Of a stretch of DNA of 64,000 bases, positions 19,089-28,001 are shown piece by piece. The stretch's first letter is position 1; the number at the start of each line of letters is the position of its first letter. The notes beneath the pieces were generated by a model. That model searched no databases, was not told the DNA's origin, and saw only the letters and a list, made by a program, of their open reading frames with translations. Origin of the DNA: Fibrobacteria bacterium (GTDB lineage: Bacteria > Fibrobacterota > Chitinivibrionia > Chitinivibrionales > FEN-1185). Location: contig JBBIGR010000008.1 of the NCBI GenBank assembly GCA_037447435.1, positions 64,001 to 128,000 of the forward strand. The letters run 5' to 3'. The position numbers and the translations under genes were made by a program.

Positions 19089-20260
19089 TCCCGCGATTCA
19101 AGCCGTTCCTAGATTGGAGAGAGATTTTTGCTGCAGTTTCGATTCCTCGAAAGGACGACATTGATCGTTTTGAAAAGGCTTTTGCTAAATTAATGGGGCA
19201 AAAGCATGCGATTGCTTTTCCTTATGGAAGAACAGGTCTGATTCTTTTGCTCGAAGCAATGGAATTAAAAGGAAAAGAAATAATTTGTCCAGCTTATACA
19301 TGTGTTGTAGTAGCTCACGCAATTGTCTATAGCGGTAACATTCCAGTATTTGTAGATAGCCAGGAATCAGATTTCAATATGAATCTCGACCTGGTTCCAC
19401 CACTTATTAATGATAATACGGGCGCTATTATTGCAACGTCCCTTTTCGGCTATCCGGTGGATCTAGATAAGCTTGATGCCATACGAAAATCTTTTCCACA
19501 CGTGCAAATAATCCAGGATTGTGCTCATAGTTTTGCTGCGGAATGGAATGGTCGTCCTGTGCAGCAGGAAGGTGACGCTGCAATATTCGGAATGAATATC
19601 AGCAAGCTCATTACATCGATTTTTGGCGGAATGGTAACTACCGACAAGGACTGGCTTGCAACTCGGCTTAGGCAGCTCAGAACACAGCGTCTTAAGAAAC
19701 CAACGTTCATCAAGAGCTTGAGAAGATTTATATATCTAATTCTTGTTTATATTGCATTCTGGGAGCCGATATATGGGTTAATAAACCGTCTTGAAAGAAT
19801 CAAAGTACTCGATAGATTTTCAAAATACTATGATGAGTCAAAGATTGATATGCCTAAAGATTACTTGGTAAGTATGACAAATGTAGAATCAAGAGTCGGA
19901 ACCACTCAAATCAAGAAGTATACTACTATTATTAATAAGCATAGAATTGCAGCAGCATATTTTGATGAAAAGCTTCTTAGAAACGAGGAAATCAAGAGGC
20001 CGATTATTGTTGAGGGAGCAACATATTCACATTACGTAGTGCGGTGCCGAACACAGTCTCAATCGCTATACCAAGCTTTATGTAATGGTGTTCAGTTGGG
20101 TCAGCTCATCGAATATGTCGTCCCGGAAATGAAAGCATATTCCTGTCGAATTAAAAGAGGGCAATGTTTTCCAATCGCGCATTCATTTCCGAAGACTACA
20201 ATTAATTTACCTGTTTGGACTGAAAAAGAAAAAAAAATAAATCGCATAATAAATTTTTAA
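19085..20260 (+). CDS. DegT/DnrJ/EryC1/StrS PLP-dependent aminotransferase family
   Basis: FEKAFA, GRTGL, PAYTC, PVFVD, LFGYP, QDCAHSF, SKLITSIFGG, INLP. ATGA overlap at 19085. Confidence 0.85.
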   Translation: MIPRFKPFLDWREIFAAVSIPRKDDIDRFEKAFAKLMGQKHAIAFPYGRTGLILLLEAMELKGKEIICPAYTCVVVAHAIVYSGNIPVFVDSQESDFNMNLDLVPPLINDNTGAIIATSLFGYPVDLDKLDAIRKSFPHVQIIQDCAHSFAAEWNGRPVQQEGDAAIFGMNISKLITSIFGGMVTTDKDWLATRLRQLRTQRLKKPTFIKSLRRFIYLILVYIAFWEPIYGLINRLERIKVLDRFSKYYDESKIDMPKDYLVSMTNVESRVGTTQIKKYTTIINKHRIAAAYFDEKLLRNEEIKRPIIVEGATYSHYVVRCRTQSQSLYQALCNGVQLGQLIEYVVPEMKAYSCRIKRGQCFPIAHSFPKTTINLPVWTEKEKKINRIINF

Positions 20261-20284
20261 TTCGAAATCATTGGGAAATAAATT

Positions 20285-21061
20285 ATGGATGAAAAAAATT
20301 TTAATACTGAACAAACTGCTTCGGATTCCGATGTCATTCACTTTTATGACAAATATGCAGGAAATTGGGACCAAAGGTTTGGTGCTACTCTTTCAACCGA
20401 TCATTTCCTACAGAAACGCTGGAAATCGTTTGAACAAATGCTCCCATTAGAAGCAAAGAGAACTAAAGGGCTAGAGTTGGGAGTTGGTACCGGAGTTTAT
20501 ATAGATAAGGCAAGTAAGCTTTTTAAATGCATTTTGGCTATAGATGGCAGTGAATTCATGTTAACTGAATTAAAAAAGAAGCTAATGGCACAAAAAATCT
20601 TAAATGTGGAAGTGCATCAAGCCAACGTTCTTTATATGCCTTTTATCCCGGATGATTCAATAGATGTGGTTTATTTTTTTGGCCTTATTGAACACATAAT
20701 TGATATCGAGGTCTTTGTTTCAGAAATAAGAAGAGTTTTAAGGAATAATGGTAAGGTAATTGGAATTACACCAAATGGCGCGAGCCCGTGGTATAAGCTA
20801 CGCAAAATCTATAGAGGAACCGGAAAACACTGTTCTACAGACAAATACTATACAAAAAAAGAAATCAAAGAACTTTTTAATCTTGGCGGCTTCGAAAACA
20901 CCCATTTTTCATTTTGGGGTGGTGTTCCGGCCGGTGTAAGCAATGTCCTTTTATTTAAAATGCTCATTATAATAGAAGGCCTTTTTGAAAGAGTTCCCTT
21001 CCTTTCCAGCTTCCTAGGCGGAATTACTTTTTCTGCGGAGAAAAAAAACTCAGTTTCTTAA
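20285..21061 (+). CDS. Class I SAM-dependent methyltransferase
   Basis: LELGVGTG, AIDGSEFML, LIEH, EIRRVLRNNG..ITPN. Confidence 0.88.
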   Translation: MDEKNFNTEQTASDSDVIHFYDKYAGNWDQRFGATLSTDHFLQKRWKSFEQMLPLEAKRTKGLELGVGTGVYIDKASKLFKCILAIDGSEFMLTELKKKLMAQKILNVEVHQANVLYMPFIPDDSIDVVYFFGLIEHIIDIEVFVSEIRRVLRNNGKVIGITPNGASPWYKLRKIYRGTGKHCSTDKYYTKKEIKELFNLGGFENTHFSFWGGVPAGVSNVLLFKMLIIIEGLFERVPFLSSFLGGITFSAEKKNSVS

Positions 21062-21073
21062 AATCAATTAATA

Positions 21074-22948
21074 GTGACTCTTAAAAATGAAAAATTAAGA
21101 ATTACCCTAAAAATAATGATAAAAAATAATAAATATGTTTCTGCTATTATCCGTCGTATTTACGGTCCAATACTAATGATGTTTGCATTTAGGACATTGT
21201 TTCGGATTTGGAATGCAATGAAACCCGAAGGATGCGGGATACCGGACAAGCATTTTTTTGCATTTAGCAGTGTTGACGCAGGTTTTTGGGTTTGGTATCG
21301 CAAAATCAGCATGGATTACAGTAGGTTTGGAAGATTTGGCTATTGCTGGGATGATGGCTTGGGAATGCCCCTTGGGGTGCGAGCATACAACAACTATGTA
21401 ACATATTTTTTTCTAAACTTATTGCATCAAAGACGATATCTTGCCATAGGCTTTATTTCTTTTGCTGGGGTTTTAGGTTGCATATCTTCAATTGAATATG
21501 GACCACTTTTTGCAGTTTTGTTCACCTTGACCTTAATCGCTTCCCCTTTTGTTGTTTCCGTATTTATGCACTATGGGAAACCGGAAGTGTTTTGGTACGG
21601 GGCCGCAATGCTTTGTCTCTATTATACTTTTTCGGGACATTTTGTTGTTGCAGGGATTATTTGGTCAATGATTGCCTTTGTCAATTTAGGCTGTTCCATA
21701 ATGATTGTTATGTTTTTCGGCCCCATTGCCATTGTAAATGCCATCGCCCACAATTCGGTTCTCGGGTTATTTCTTTCTTGTTTGCCGGGGCTTTTAAAAC
21801 ATGGTTTTCGAATTGCCATGATGTTGAAGAATGGTTTTTTAAATAATCTTGTCTCCGAACAATCCCGTCTTTGGAAACGCCCATGGTATCCCACGGCCAT
21901 CGATTTAGCCTGGTGGATACCTTATCTCTTTTCGATAATTGCAACTACTTTTCAGGGAAAATTACCTTTTGAAAATCTTTTTTTGCTAGGCCTTTGGCCA
22001 ATTTTTGTTTATTGGTCGAATAATCGAATTCTATATTTCAATGACCAACAAAATGTCAATATGACTTTGTTGATCGCTGCAATAGCAATAGCTGGTGCCC
22101 ATTTTTCACCGATAGGAATAATTTTCATTCTTGTATTTGCATATAACCATCCTGGGCTCTGTGGAATTCCCTTGACGCAAAAGATATTAAAAAAGGTTCA
22201 TGTAAAGCTATCTGATCCTAATATTCTCCTGCGAGTTTCAAATTTCCCATCTCTAGATCCGATGACGTTTCCGATGCCTGAGGAATTAAAATGTTTGTTT
22301 TTAAGAATGACAGCTAATTCGCGAATTATTGCAGAAAGTGACGGTGATCCTAGAACCATATCAAAATTCAGGGGGTTTTGGCTATGGGTGGATGGTTTTT
22401 TGCCTGAGAGGAATATTGACTTGGTCAATGATCTCTATTTTCGATTAAATGAACCAGACCTCTTTAATCGATACCTTATCCCTTTTTCATCAGATCATAT
22501 GTCAGGCGATAAAATGCTTGATATATGCAAATCTCTTGGTGCAGGTTATGTGGTAGCACACTCGGATAGGACAGTACAATCTTTGATTGAAAATGGGTTT
22601 TTGATATGCGCCGTAGCCGATATTGCGCCACTCGAAGATTTTCGTAGGCTGGTATCTGCGCCACCTGTAATTTTGACACTTTTGAAAAATCCAGATCGAG
22701 CTGGCGTCATTGACCCAGATGTACAGTGGAATTACAATAAAAAAGGTGCCATGAGATGGAATGCTACAAGAACCGGAGAATACAAAATTCGCATTCGATA
22801 CCACAAGTATATGAAAGCCACCAATAACGGAATGCCGATACGCGTTAAGCCTTATCAGCCTTTTCAAAATGTGCCGACGCAATTTATGAAAATTACAATT
22901 GAAAATCCTGGCCAAGTTGACCTTTTTTATTGTCAAAAAATAATTTAA
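21074..22948 (+). CDS. Polytopic membrane protein, possibly YfhO/GT-C-like glycosyltransferase
   Basis: About 10 TM segments, an early WDDGLGMPL loop, and a soluble C-terminal domain ending RYHKYMKATNNGMPIRV...FMKITI..PGQVDLFY, similar to YfhO C-termini. Confidence 0.5.
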   Translation: MTLKNEKLRITLKIMIKNNKYVSAIIRRIYGPILMMFAFRTLFRIWNAMKPEGCGIPDKHFFAFSSVDAGFWVWYRKISMDYSRFGRFGYCWDDGLGMPLGVRAYNNYVTYFFLNLLHQRRYLAIGFISFAGVLGCISSIEYGPLFAVLFTLTLIASPFVVSVFMHYGKPEVFWYGAAMLCLYYTFSGHFVVAGIIWSMIAFVNLGCSIMIVMFFGPIAIVNAIAHNSVLGLFLSCLPGLLKHGFRIAMMLKNGFLNNLVSEQSRLWKRPWYPTAIDLAWWIPYLFSIIATTFQGKLPFENLFLLGLWPIFVYWSNNRILYFNDQQNVNMTLLIAAIAIAGAHFSPIGIIFILVFAYNHPGLCGIPLTQKILKKVHVKLSDPNILLRVSNFPSLDPMTFPMPEELKCLFLRMTANSRIIAESDGDPRTISKFRGFWLWVDGFLPERNIDLVNDLYFRLNEPDLFNRYLIPFSSDHMSGDKMLDICKSLGAGYVVAHSDRTVQSLIENGFLICAVADIAPLEDFRRLVSAPPVILTLLKNPDRAGVIDPDVQWNYNKKGAMRWNATRTGEYKIRIRYHKYMKATNNGMPIRVKPYQPFQNVPTQFMKITIENPGQVDLFYCQKII

Positions 22949-22968
22949 TTAAATCGACTTTAAATAAA

Positions 22969-24441
22969 ATGAACGTTTTCGCACGACTTGGAAAAGAATC
23001 TCTTATTTACGGGGCAGGAGGAGTAATAGGAAGATTCATTGGATTCTTTCTTTTGCCAATATATACGAGAGTGTTTGCTCCATCCACTTACGGCGTTATG
23101 GATGTAATTTCTACAACGACTGCATTATTTGCCATGATTTTAACTTCCGGCATTGCAGATACAGCTCTTAGTTTTTATTTTTTTGAACGGTCTGACCATG
23201 ACGATCGACGAAGAACTGTTGTATCGCTCATGGTGTATATCATAACAGTAACCGGAACCATAGCCGTTTTTGTGTGGTATTTTGCTTCCCCTTTATGCAT
23301 GCTCCTTTTTGGAAACAGTCAAAGTGCTCCTTTTTTAAAAATTGCAATAGCAGCTGTTCCCTTTACTTGCATTAATTCCATGCATGCCAATCTTTTAAGG
23401 CTGCAACGTCGCCCTTTGGTTTATACATCATTTTCACTAAGTCAAGTATTAGCGACCGCTAGTCTGACTATTTGGCTTGTCATTGGTGTTAAAATGGGAG
23501 TTAAAGGTGTCTTTACCGCGAACGTCATCATCGCGATTATGTTTTTCATAGTAGGCGCTATTGTCAATAGAAGATTTCTTGGAAACGTTCTTGATTTAAA
23601 AAGACTACGAGAGCTTATTCAATACGGATTGCCTTTATTAATTGGGGGACTAACGAGTTGGATGATCTGCTATTTGGATAGATATTTTCTGATTCGCATG
23701 ACATCTTTAGAAAAAATCGGTCTATATTCAGTGGGGCTTAGAATAGCATCTGCAATGACATTTGTGACTATGTCTTTCAGGTTGGCAAATGCGCCTTTTC
23801 AATTTGAAATATCTAAAACCGAATCTGCTAAAGATGCCTATTCAAAAACATTTATATATTTCTGTCTTGGCACAGCATGGTGCATGGTAGCAATATCACT
23901 TGCCGCTCGTCCAACTCTGTCAATAATGACTCCTCCAGCATATGCAAAAGCTTTTTTTGTGGTCCCAATTGCGGCCTTTACTGCGGTTGTCGATGGAATT
24001 ACTCAGATTGTGGCTGTCGGATTGCTTTTAAAACGAAAAACAAATGTTGCGGGAATCGCCATGATTATAGGTGCCGTAATGCATATCGCCTTTCTGTGGA
24101 TCCTAATTCCTTTTTTTAATATTGTTGGCGCCGCGTTGGCGATTCTATTGTCCAATATTATTATGGCTAGTATTTACTATTTTGCAAGTCAAAGAGTGTA
24201 TCGAATCTCATTTGCCTTAAAAAGAATGATTGTAACATATTTTTCATCAGGCATTTTTATTGTTGTTGGAATTATGCTTCAACGTGGAAATGTTGTGCTT
24301 GACATTGGTGTTGCTGTGATAGGAATGATAATCTGGCCTTTGTTTGTAATATTTACCGGGATTGTTCGTCGTGAGGAAAAGACTGCTATTTTTAATAGCC
24401 TCAGACGATTGTCTTTTGGAATAGCCGGAAAACTTCGTTAA
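22969..24441 (+). CDS. wzx: Wzx/MOP-family oligosaccharide flippase
   Basis: LGKESLIYG...FLLPIYTR...YG, YGLPL, LDRYFL, IGLYSVG, GAALA; 12-14 TM segments. Confidence 0.9.
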   Translation: MNVFARLGKESLIYGAGGVIGRFIGFFLLPIYTRVFAPSTYGVMDVISTTTALFAMILTSGIADTALSFYFFERSDHDDRRRTVVSLMVYIITVTGTIAVFVWYFASPLCMLLFGNSQSAPFLKIAIAAVPFTCINSMHANLLRLQRRPLVYTSFSLSQVLATASLTIWLVIGVKMGVKGVFTANVIIAIMFFIVGAIVNRRFLGNVLDLKRLRELIQYGLPLLIGGLTSWMICYLDRYFLIRMTSLEKIGLYSVGLRIASAMTFVTMSFRLANAPFQFEISKTESAKDAYSKTFIYFCLGTAWCMVAISLAARPTLSIMTPPAYAKAFFVVPIAAFTAVVDGITQIVAVGLLLKRKTNVAGIAMIIGAVMHIAFLWILIPFFNIVGAALAILLSNIIMASIYYFASQRVYRISFALKRMIVTYFSSGIFIVVGIMLQRGNVVLDIGVAVIGMIIWPLFVIFTGIVRREEKTAIFNSLRRLSFGIAGKLR

Positions 24442-24499
24442 TTATGGACTATTGTAAATTAAATTACAAAATTATAACTTATTTAAGGCAAAGAAATAA

Positions 24500-25111
24500 A
24501 TGGTAATTGTAGATTATGGAATGGGAAATCTAGGCTCGATTTTTAATATGCTTAAAAAAATTGGTGTGCCAGCGGAGATTTCATCGAATAAAAAAGTGAT
24601 AGCAGAAGCAAAAAAACTTATTTTGCCGGGTGTTGGATCGTTTGATAATGCAATAAAAAATTTAACGTCTCTCGACTTGATGAACATTCTCAATAAAAAA
24701 GTGTTGGAAGACAAAACGCCGATTCTTGGAATATGCCTGGGTATACAATTGTTTACAAAAAGAAGTGACGAAGGAGTATTGCAAGGATTGGGGTGGATTG
24801 ATGCAGAAACGGTATCTTTTTTAAAATATATCGACATCAAGGCTATGAAAGTTCCCCATATGGGGTGGAATTCAATAAAGGTCCAAAGAAAGAATCCTCT
24901 TATGGACCAAATTGATGGGGACTTGCGATACTACTTTGTTCATTCCTATTTTGTCAAGTGCAATGATCATAATGATAGTATTGCTCTGACCAACTATGGA
25001 ATTGAATTCACCTCAAGCATACAGAAGGAAAATATTTTCGGAGTGCAATTTCATCCCGAAAAAAGTCACCGTTTTGGAATGCAACTATTAGCCAATTTTG
25101 CCGGAATTTGA
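24500..25111 (+). CDS. hisH: HisH-like glutaminase subunit (WbuY/HisH2 type)
   Basis: DYGMGNLGS, LPGVGSFD, GICLG, VPHMGWN, YFVHSY, QFHPEKS. The context points to LPS amidination rather than His biosynthesis. Confidence 0.9.
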   Translation: MVIVDYGMGNLGSIFNMLKKIGVPAEISSNKKVIAEAKKLILPGVGSFDNAIKNLTSLDLMNILNKKVLEDKTPILGICLGIQLFTKRSDEGVLQGLGWIDAETVSFLKYIDIKAMKVPHMGWNSIKVQRKNPLMDQIDGDLRYYFVHSYFVKCNDHNDSIALTNYGIEFTSSIQKENIFGVQFHPEKSHRFGMQLLANFAGI

Positions 25112-25115
25112 TCCT

Positions 25116-25895
25116 ATGCTTAAAACAAGGGTTATTCCTTGTCTCCTTCTTCGGAACAAGGGATTAGTAAAAACAATTAACTTTCGTAAAGCTAAATATA
25201 TTGGCGACCCAATTAATGCAGTCAAGATATTCAATGACAAGGGTGTTGATGAATTGATTTTTCTGGATATAGATGCAACAAAGTGCCATCAAAAACCGGA
25301 TTTTGCTTTAATTGCCAATATTGCTCAAGAATGTTTTATGCCTTTTGCTTATGGTGGTGGTATTTCAACCTGTGACGACGCCAAAAAGCTGATTAACCTA
25401 GGATGCGAAAAAATTATTATAAATACTGCCGCTTATGAAAAGCCAACATTGATAGAAGAAATGGCAAAAATACTCGGGAGTCAAAGTGTTGTGGTTTCAA
25501 TTGATGTAAAAAAATCGGTGATAGGCGGGTATCGATGTTTTACAAATGGTGGTACGAAAAAAACAAAACTTGATCCGTGTTCGTTAGCAAAAATGGCCCA
25601 AAATTATGGTGCTGGTGAAATATTCCTTACTTCAATCGAACGTGAAGGAACATGGAAAGGCTTTGATCTATCGCTAATAAAAATGGTTGCCGATTCAATT
25701 TCGATTCCTCTCATTGCTTGTGGTGGAGCAAAAACAATAAGTGATCTTGGAAAATCAGTATTGGAGGGCGGGGCCTCAGCCGTTGCGGCAGGGAGCATGT
25801 TTGTTTATCATGGTCCTCATCATGCAGTTCTTATCAATTTTCCTACGGAAAAGGAATTGCAAGAAGTTTTACCATTGTCAATAATTAAAAAATAA
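25116..25895 (+). CDS. hisF: HisF-like cyclase-fold ammonia channel (WbuZ/HisF2/AglZ type)
   Basis: MLKTRVIPCLL, YIGDPINAVKIFN, VDELIFLDI, AYGGG, GAGEI, AAGSMFVY. Confidence 0.9.
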   Translation: MLKTRVIPCLLLRNKGLVKTINFRKAKYIGDPINAVKIFNDKGVDELIFLDIDATKCHQKPDFALIANIAQECFMPFAYGGGISTCDDAKKLINLGCEKIIINTAAYEKPTLIEEMAKILGSQSVVVSIDVKKSVIGGYRCFTNGGTKKTKLDPCSLAKMAQNYGAGEIFLTSIEREGTWKGFDLSLIKMVADSISIPLIACGGAKTISDLGKSVLEGGASAVAAGSMFVYHGPHHAVLINFPTEKELQEVLPLSIIKK

Positions 25896-25924
25896 CGCAC
25901 TTTTATTATCAGGGAACATCTTTT

Positions 25925-27094
25925 ATGGCTAAAAATTACAGAATTTGCACTAAATGTGTTATGGACACTTCTGATCCATTGATTGTTTTTGATAAGGAAG
26001 GACGTTGCAATCATTGCAAATTTTATGATAAAATGGCAAGTGAATCATTGTTTAGTAAGGATGAGCAAGAACAGAGATTAAAAAAAATCGTTGAAAGAAT
26101 TAGAATTGATGGAAAAGGAAAACGATACGATTGTATTGTCGGTGTAAGCGGTGGAATTGATAGCACGTATACAGCTTATTTGGCAAAGCAAATCGGGTTA
26201 AGGCCCCTAGCCGTTCATCTTGATAATGGGTGGAATTCAGAACTTGCGGTAAGTAATATTGAAAAAACATTAAAAACGCTTGATATTGATTTGTTTACTC
26301 GCGTGCTTGATTGGGAAGAATTTAAGGACTTGCAACTTTCTTTTCTTAAAGCTTCCACGCCGGATTCCGAAATACCTACGGATCATGCGATTGTTGCAAC
26401 GCTGTATCAGGTTGCAACTCGCGAACGGTTGAAATATTTAATTATGGGGACAAATGTTCAGAGTGAGGCTATCATGGCTCGCGCTTGGAGTCAGGGCTAT
26501 TTTGATTGGCGCTATATTAGAAAGATTCAACAACGTTTTGGAAGGAAAAAAATAAAGGATTTCCCGCATTTTAATCTTATGCAACTTGGTGTTTACAAAC
26601 ATTTCCATCGGATTCAGGAAATATCGTTGCTTCACTATTTCCCCTATGTAAAAGAAGATGCTAAAGCTTTTGTAAAGGATAAACTGGGTTGGGTCGATTA
26701 TGGGGGGAAACATTATGAGTCAATTTATACCAGATTTTATCAAGGCTATATTCTTCCAAACAAGTTCGGTTTTGATAAAAGGCGGGCACATTTGTCTACG
26801 CTCATATGTTCCGGTCAGGTTTCTCGAGAAATTGCTTTAAAAGAGCTTGAAAAAGACCCGTACGTTACCCAACAGATGAAGAATGATGATAAAGAATATG
26901 TTATTAAAAAACTTGGTCTTTCAAACAGCGAATTCGCGGAGATTATGAGTTCTCCACCGAAAACATTTTGGGAATATCCATCCTACTCGACAGCCTTCTT
27001 TTACAAGATATATTTCTTTCTGAGATACAATATTTATAATCGACTCAGAGGAAAATCAATTCTGAAGCTTTCTAAAGTGCGATTGGGAAAATAA
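25925..27094 (+). CDS. N-acetyl-sugar amidotransferase (WbuX/WbpG-like, acetamidino-forming)
   Basis: CTKCVMD...CNHC, YDCIVGVSGGIDS, PLAVHLDNGWNSELA, PTDH, YGGKHYES, DKRRAHLS. Confidence 0.9.
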   Translation: MAKNYRICTKCVMDTSDPLIVFDKEGRCNHCKFYDKMASESLFSKDEQEQRLKKIVERIRIDGKGKRYDCIVGVSGGIDSTYTAYLAKQIGLRPLAVHLDNGWNSELAVSNIEKTLKTLDIDLFTRVLDWEEFKDLQLSFLKASTPDSEIPTDHAIVATLYQVATRERLKYLIMGTNVQSEAIMARAWSQGYFDWRYIRKIQQRFGRKKIKDFPHFNLMQLGVYKHFHRIQEISLLHYFPYVKEDAKAFVKDKLGWVDYGGKHYESIYTRFYQGYILPNKFGFDKRRAHLSTLICSGQVSREIALKELEKDPYVTQQMKNDDKEYVIKKLGLSNSEFAEIMSSPPKTFWEYPSYSTAFFYKIYFFLRYNIYNRLRGKSILKLSKVRLGK

Positions 27095-27154
27095 AATCAG
27101 TTTTCTAGCCATATTCCCTCCGAACAAAGGTTCCCACAGAAAGATGGACGCTGT

Positions 27155-27967
27155 ATGGGTTTAAAAAAAACAAAACGCTTAGTAATAAGGCTATACTTTT
27201 TCTTTCTTGAGTTTGGCATAGATCCTTTACGTACAGTTCGATCAATAAAAGGATTAATATTTTATGGCAAAGATTTTATCGAACTGAAAAAGCAAGTTCG
27301 GCAGTCATTTCCGGATTTTCCAATTAAAAGTTTATACCCATGCCTAAATGATCGCTTTGACCAGGGCGATTGCGTTTTAACGCATTATTTCCAACAAGAC
27401 TTATATGTGGCTCAGAAGGTTTTCCTGGCACGGCCAAGAAAGCACGTCGATGTTGGATCTAGTTTGACGGGTTTTGTAGCTCATGTTGCGTCTTTTCGAA
27501 ACTTAGAAGTTATCGATATACGAAATGTAAAGCATTCGATTCCAAACGTGAAGTTCCAAAGAAATGATATTACCGATCCTTCTTTTAATCTGAAAAATTA
27601 TTGCGATTCTCTTTCATGTCTCCATGTCTTGGAACATTTAGGCTTAGGCAGATACGGCGACACTGTGGATGGCAACGGCTACAAAAAAGGCCTTACAAAT
27701 CTGGCTCAGATGCTTGAACCAAACGGGACTCTATATCTTTCAGTTCCCATCGGACCCCAACGGATTGAATTTAATGCTCATAGGGTTTTTTCAGTGGAAT
27801 ATTTTTTAAACATTGTGGAAGAATGGTTTTCAATCATTTCGTTTTCGTATGTTGATGATGCAGGGTTCTTGCATGTTAATGCGGCACTAGAGCAGGACGA
27901 CATTAATTCCAATTTTTCCTGCATTTATGGATGTGGCATTCTGGAGTTAAAAAGAAATAGCAATTAA
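27155..27967 (+). CDS. DUF268-like SAM methyltransferase-fold protein
   Basis: HYFQQDL, HVDVGS, GFVAHVASFR, DIR, SLSCLHVLEHLGLGRYGD, EFNAHRVF. Confidence 0.75.
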   Translation: MGLKKTKRLVIRLYFFFLEFGIDPLRTVRSIKGLIFYGKDFIELKKQVRQSFPDFPIKSLYPCLNDRFDQGDCVLTHYFQQDLYVAQKVFLARPRKHVDVGSSLTGFVAHVASFRNLEVIDIRNVKHSIPNVKFQRNDITDPSFNLKNYCDSLSCLHVLEHLGLGRYGDTVDGNGYKKGLTNLAQMLEPNGTLYLSVPIGPQRIEFNAHRVFSVEYFLNIVEEWFSIISFSYVDDAGFLHVNAALEQDDINSNFSCIYGCGILELKRNSN

Positions 27968-28001
27968 AATTCGCAAAATTCATTTGAATCGGAGTATAAA
28001 A

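Noticed and set aside
24500..25895. hisH/hisF as a histidine biosynthesis operon
   Set aside because: No other his genes are present, and adjacency to a WbuX-like gene matches the known LPS amidination trio.
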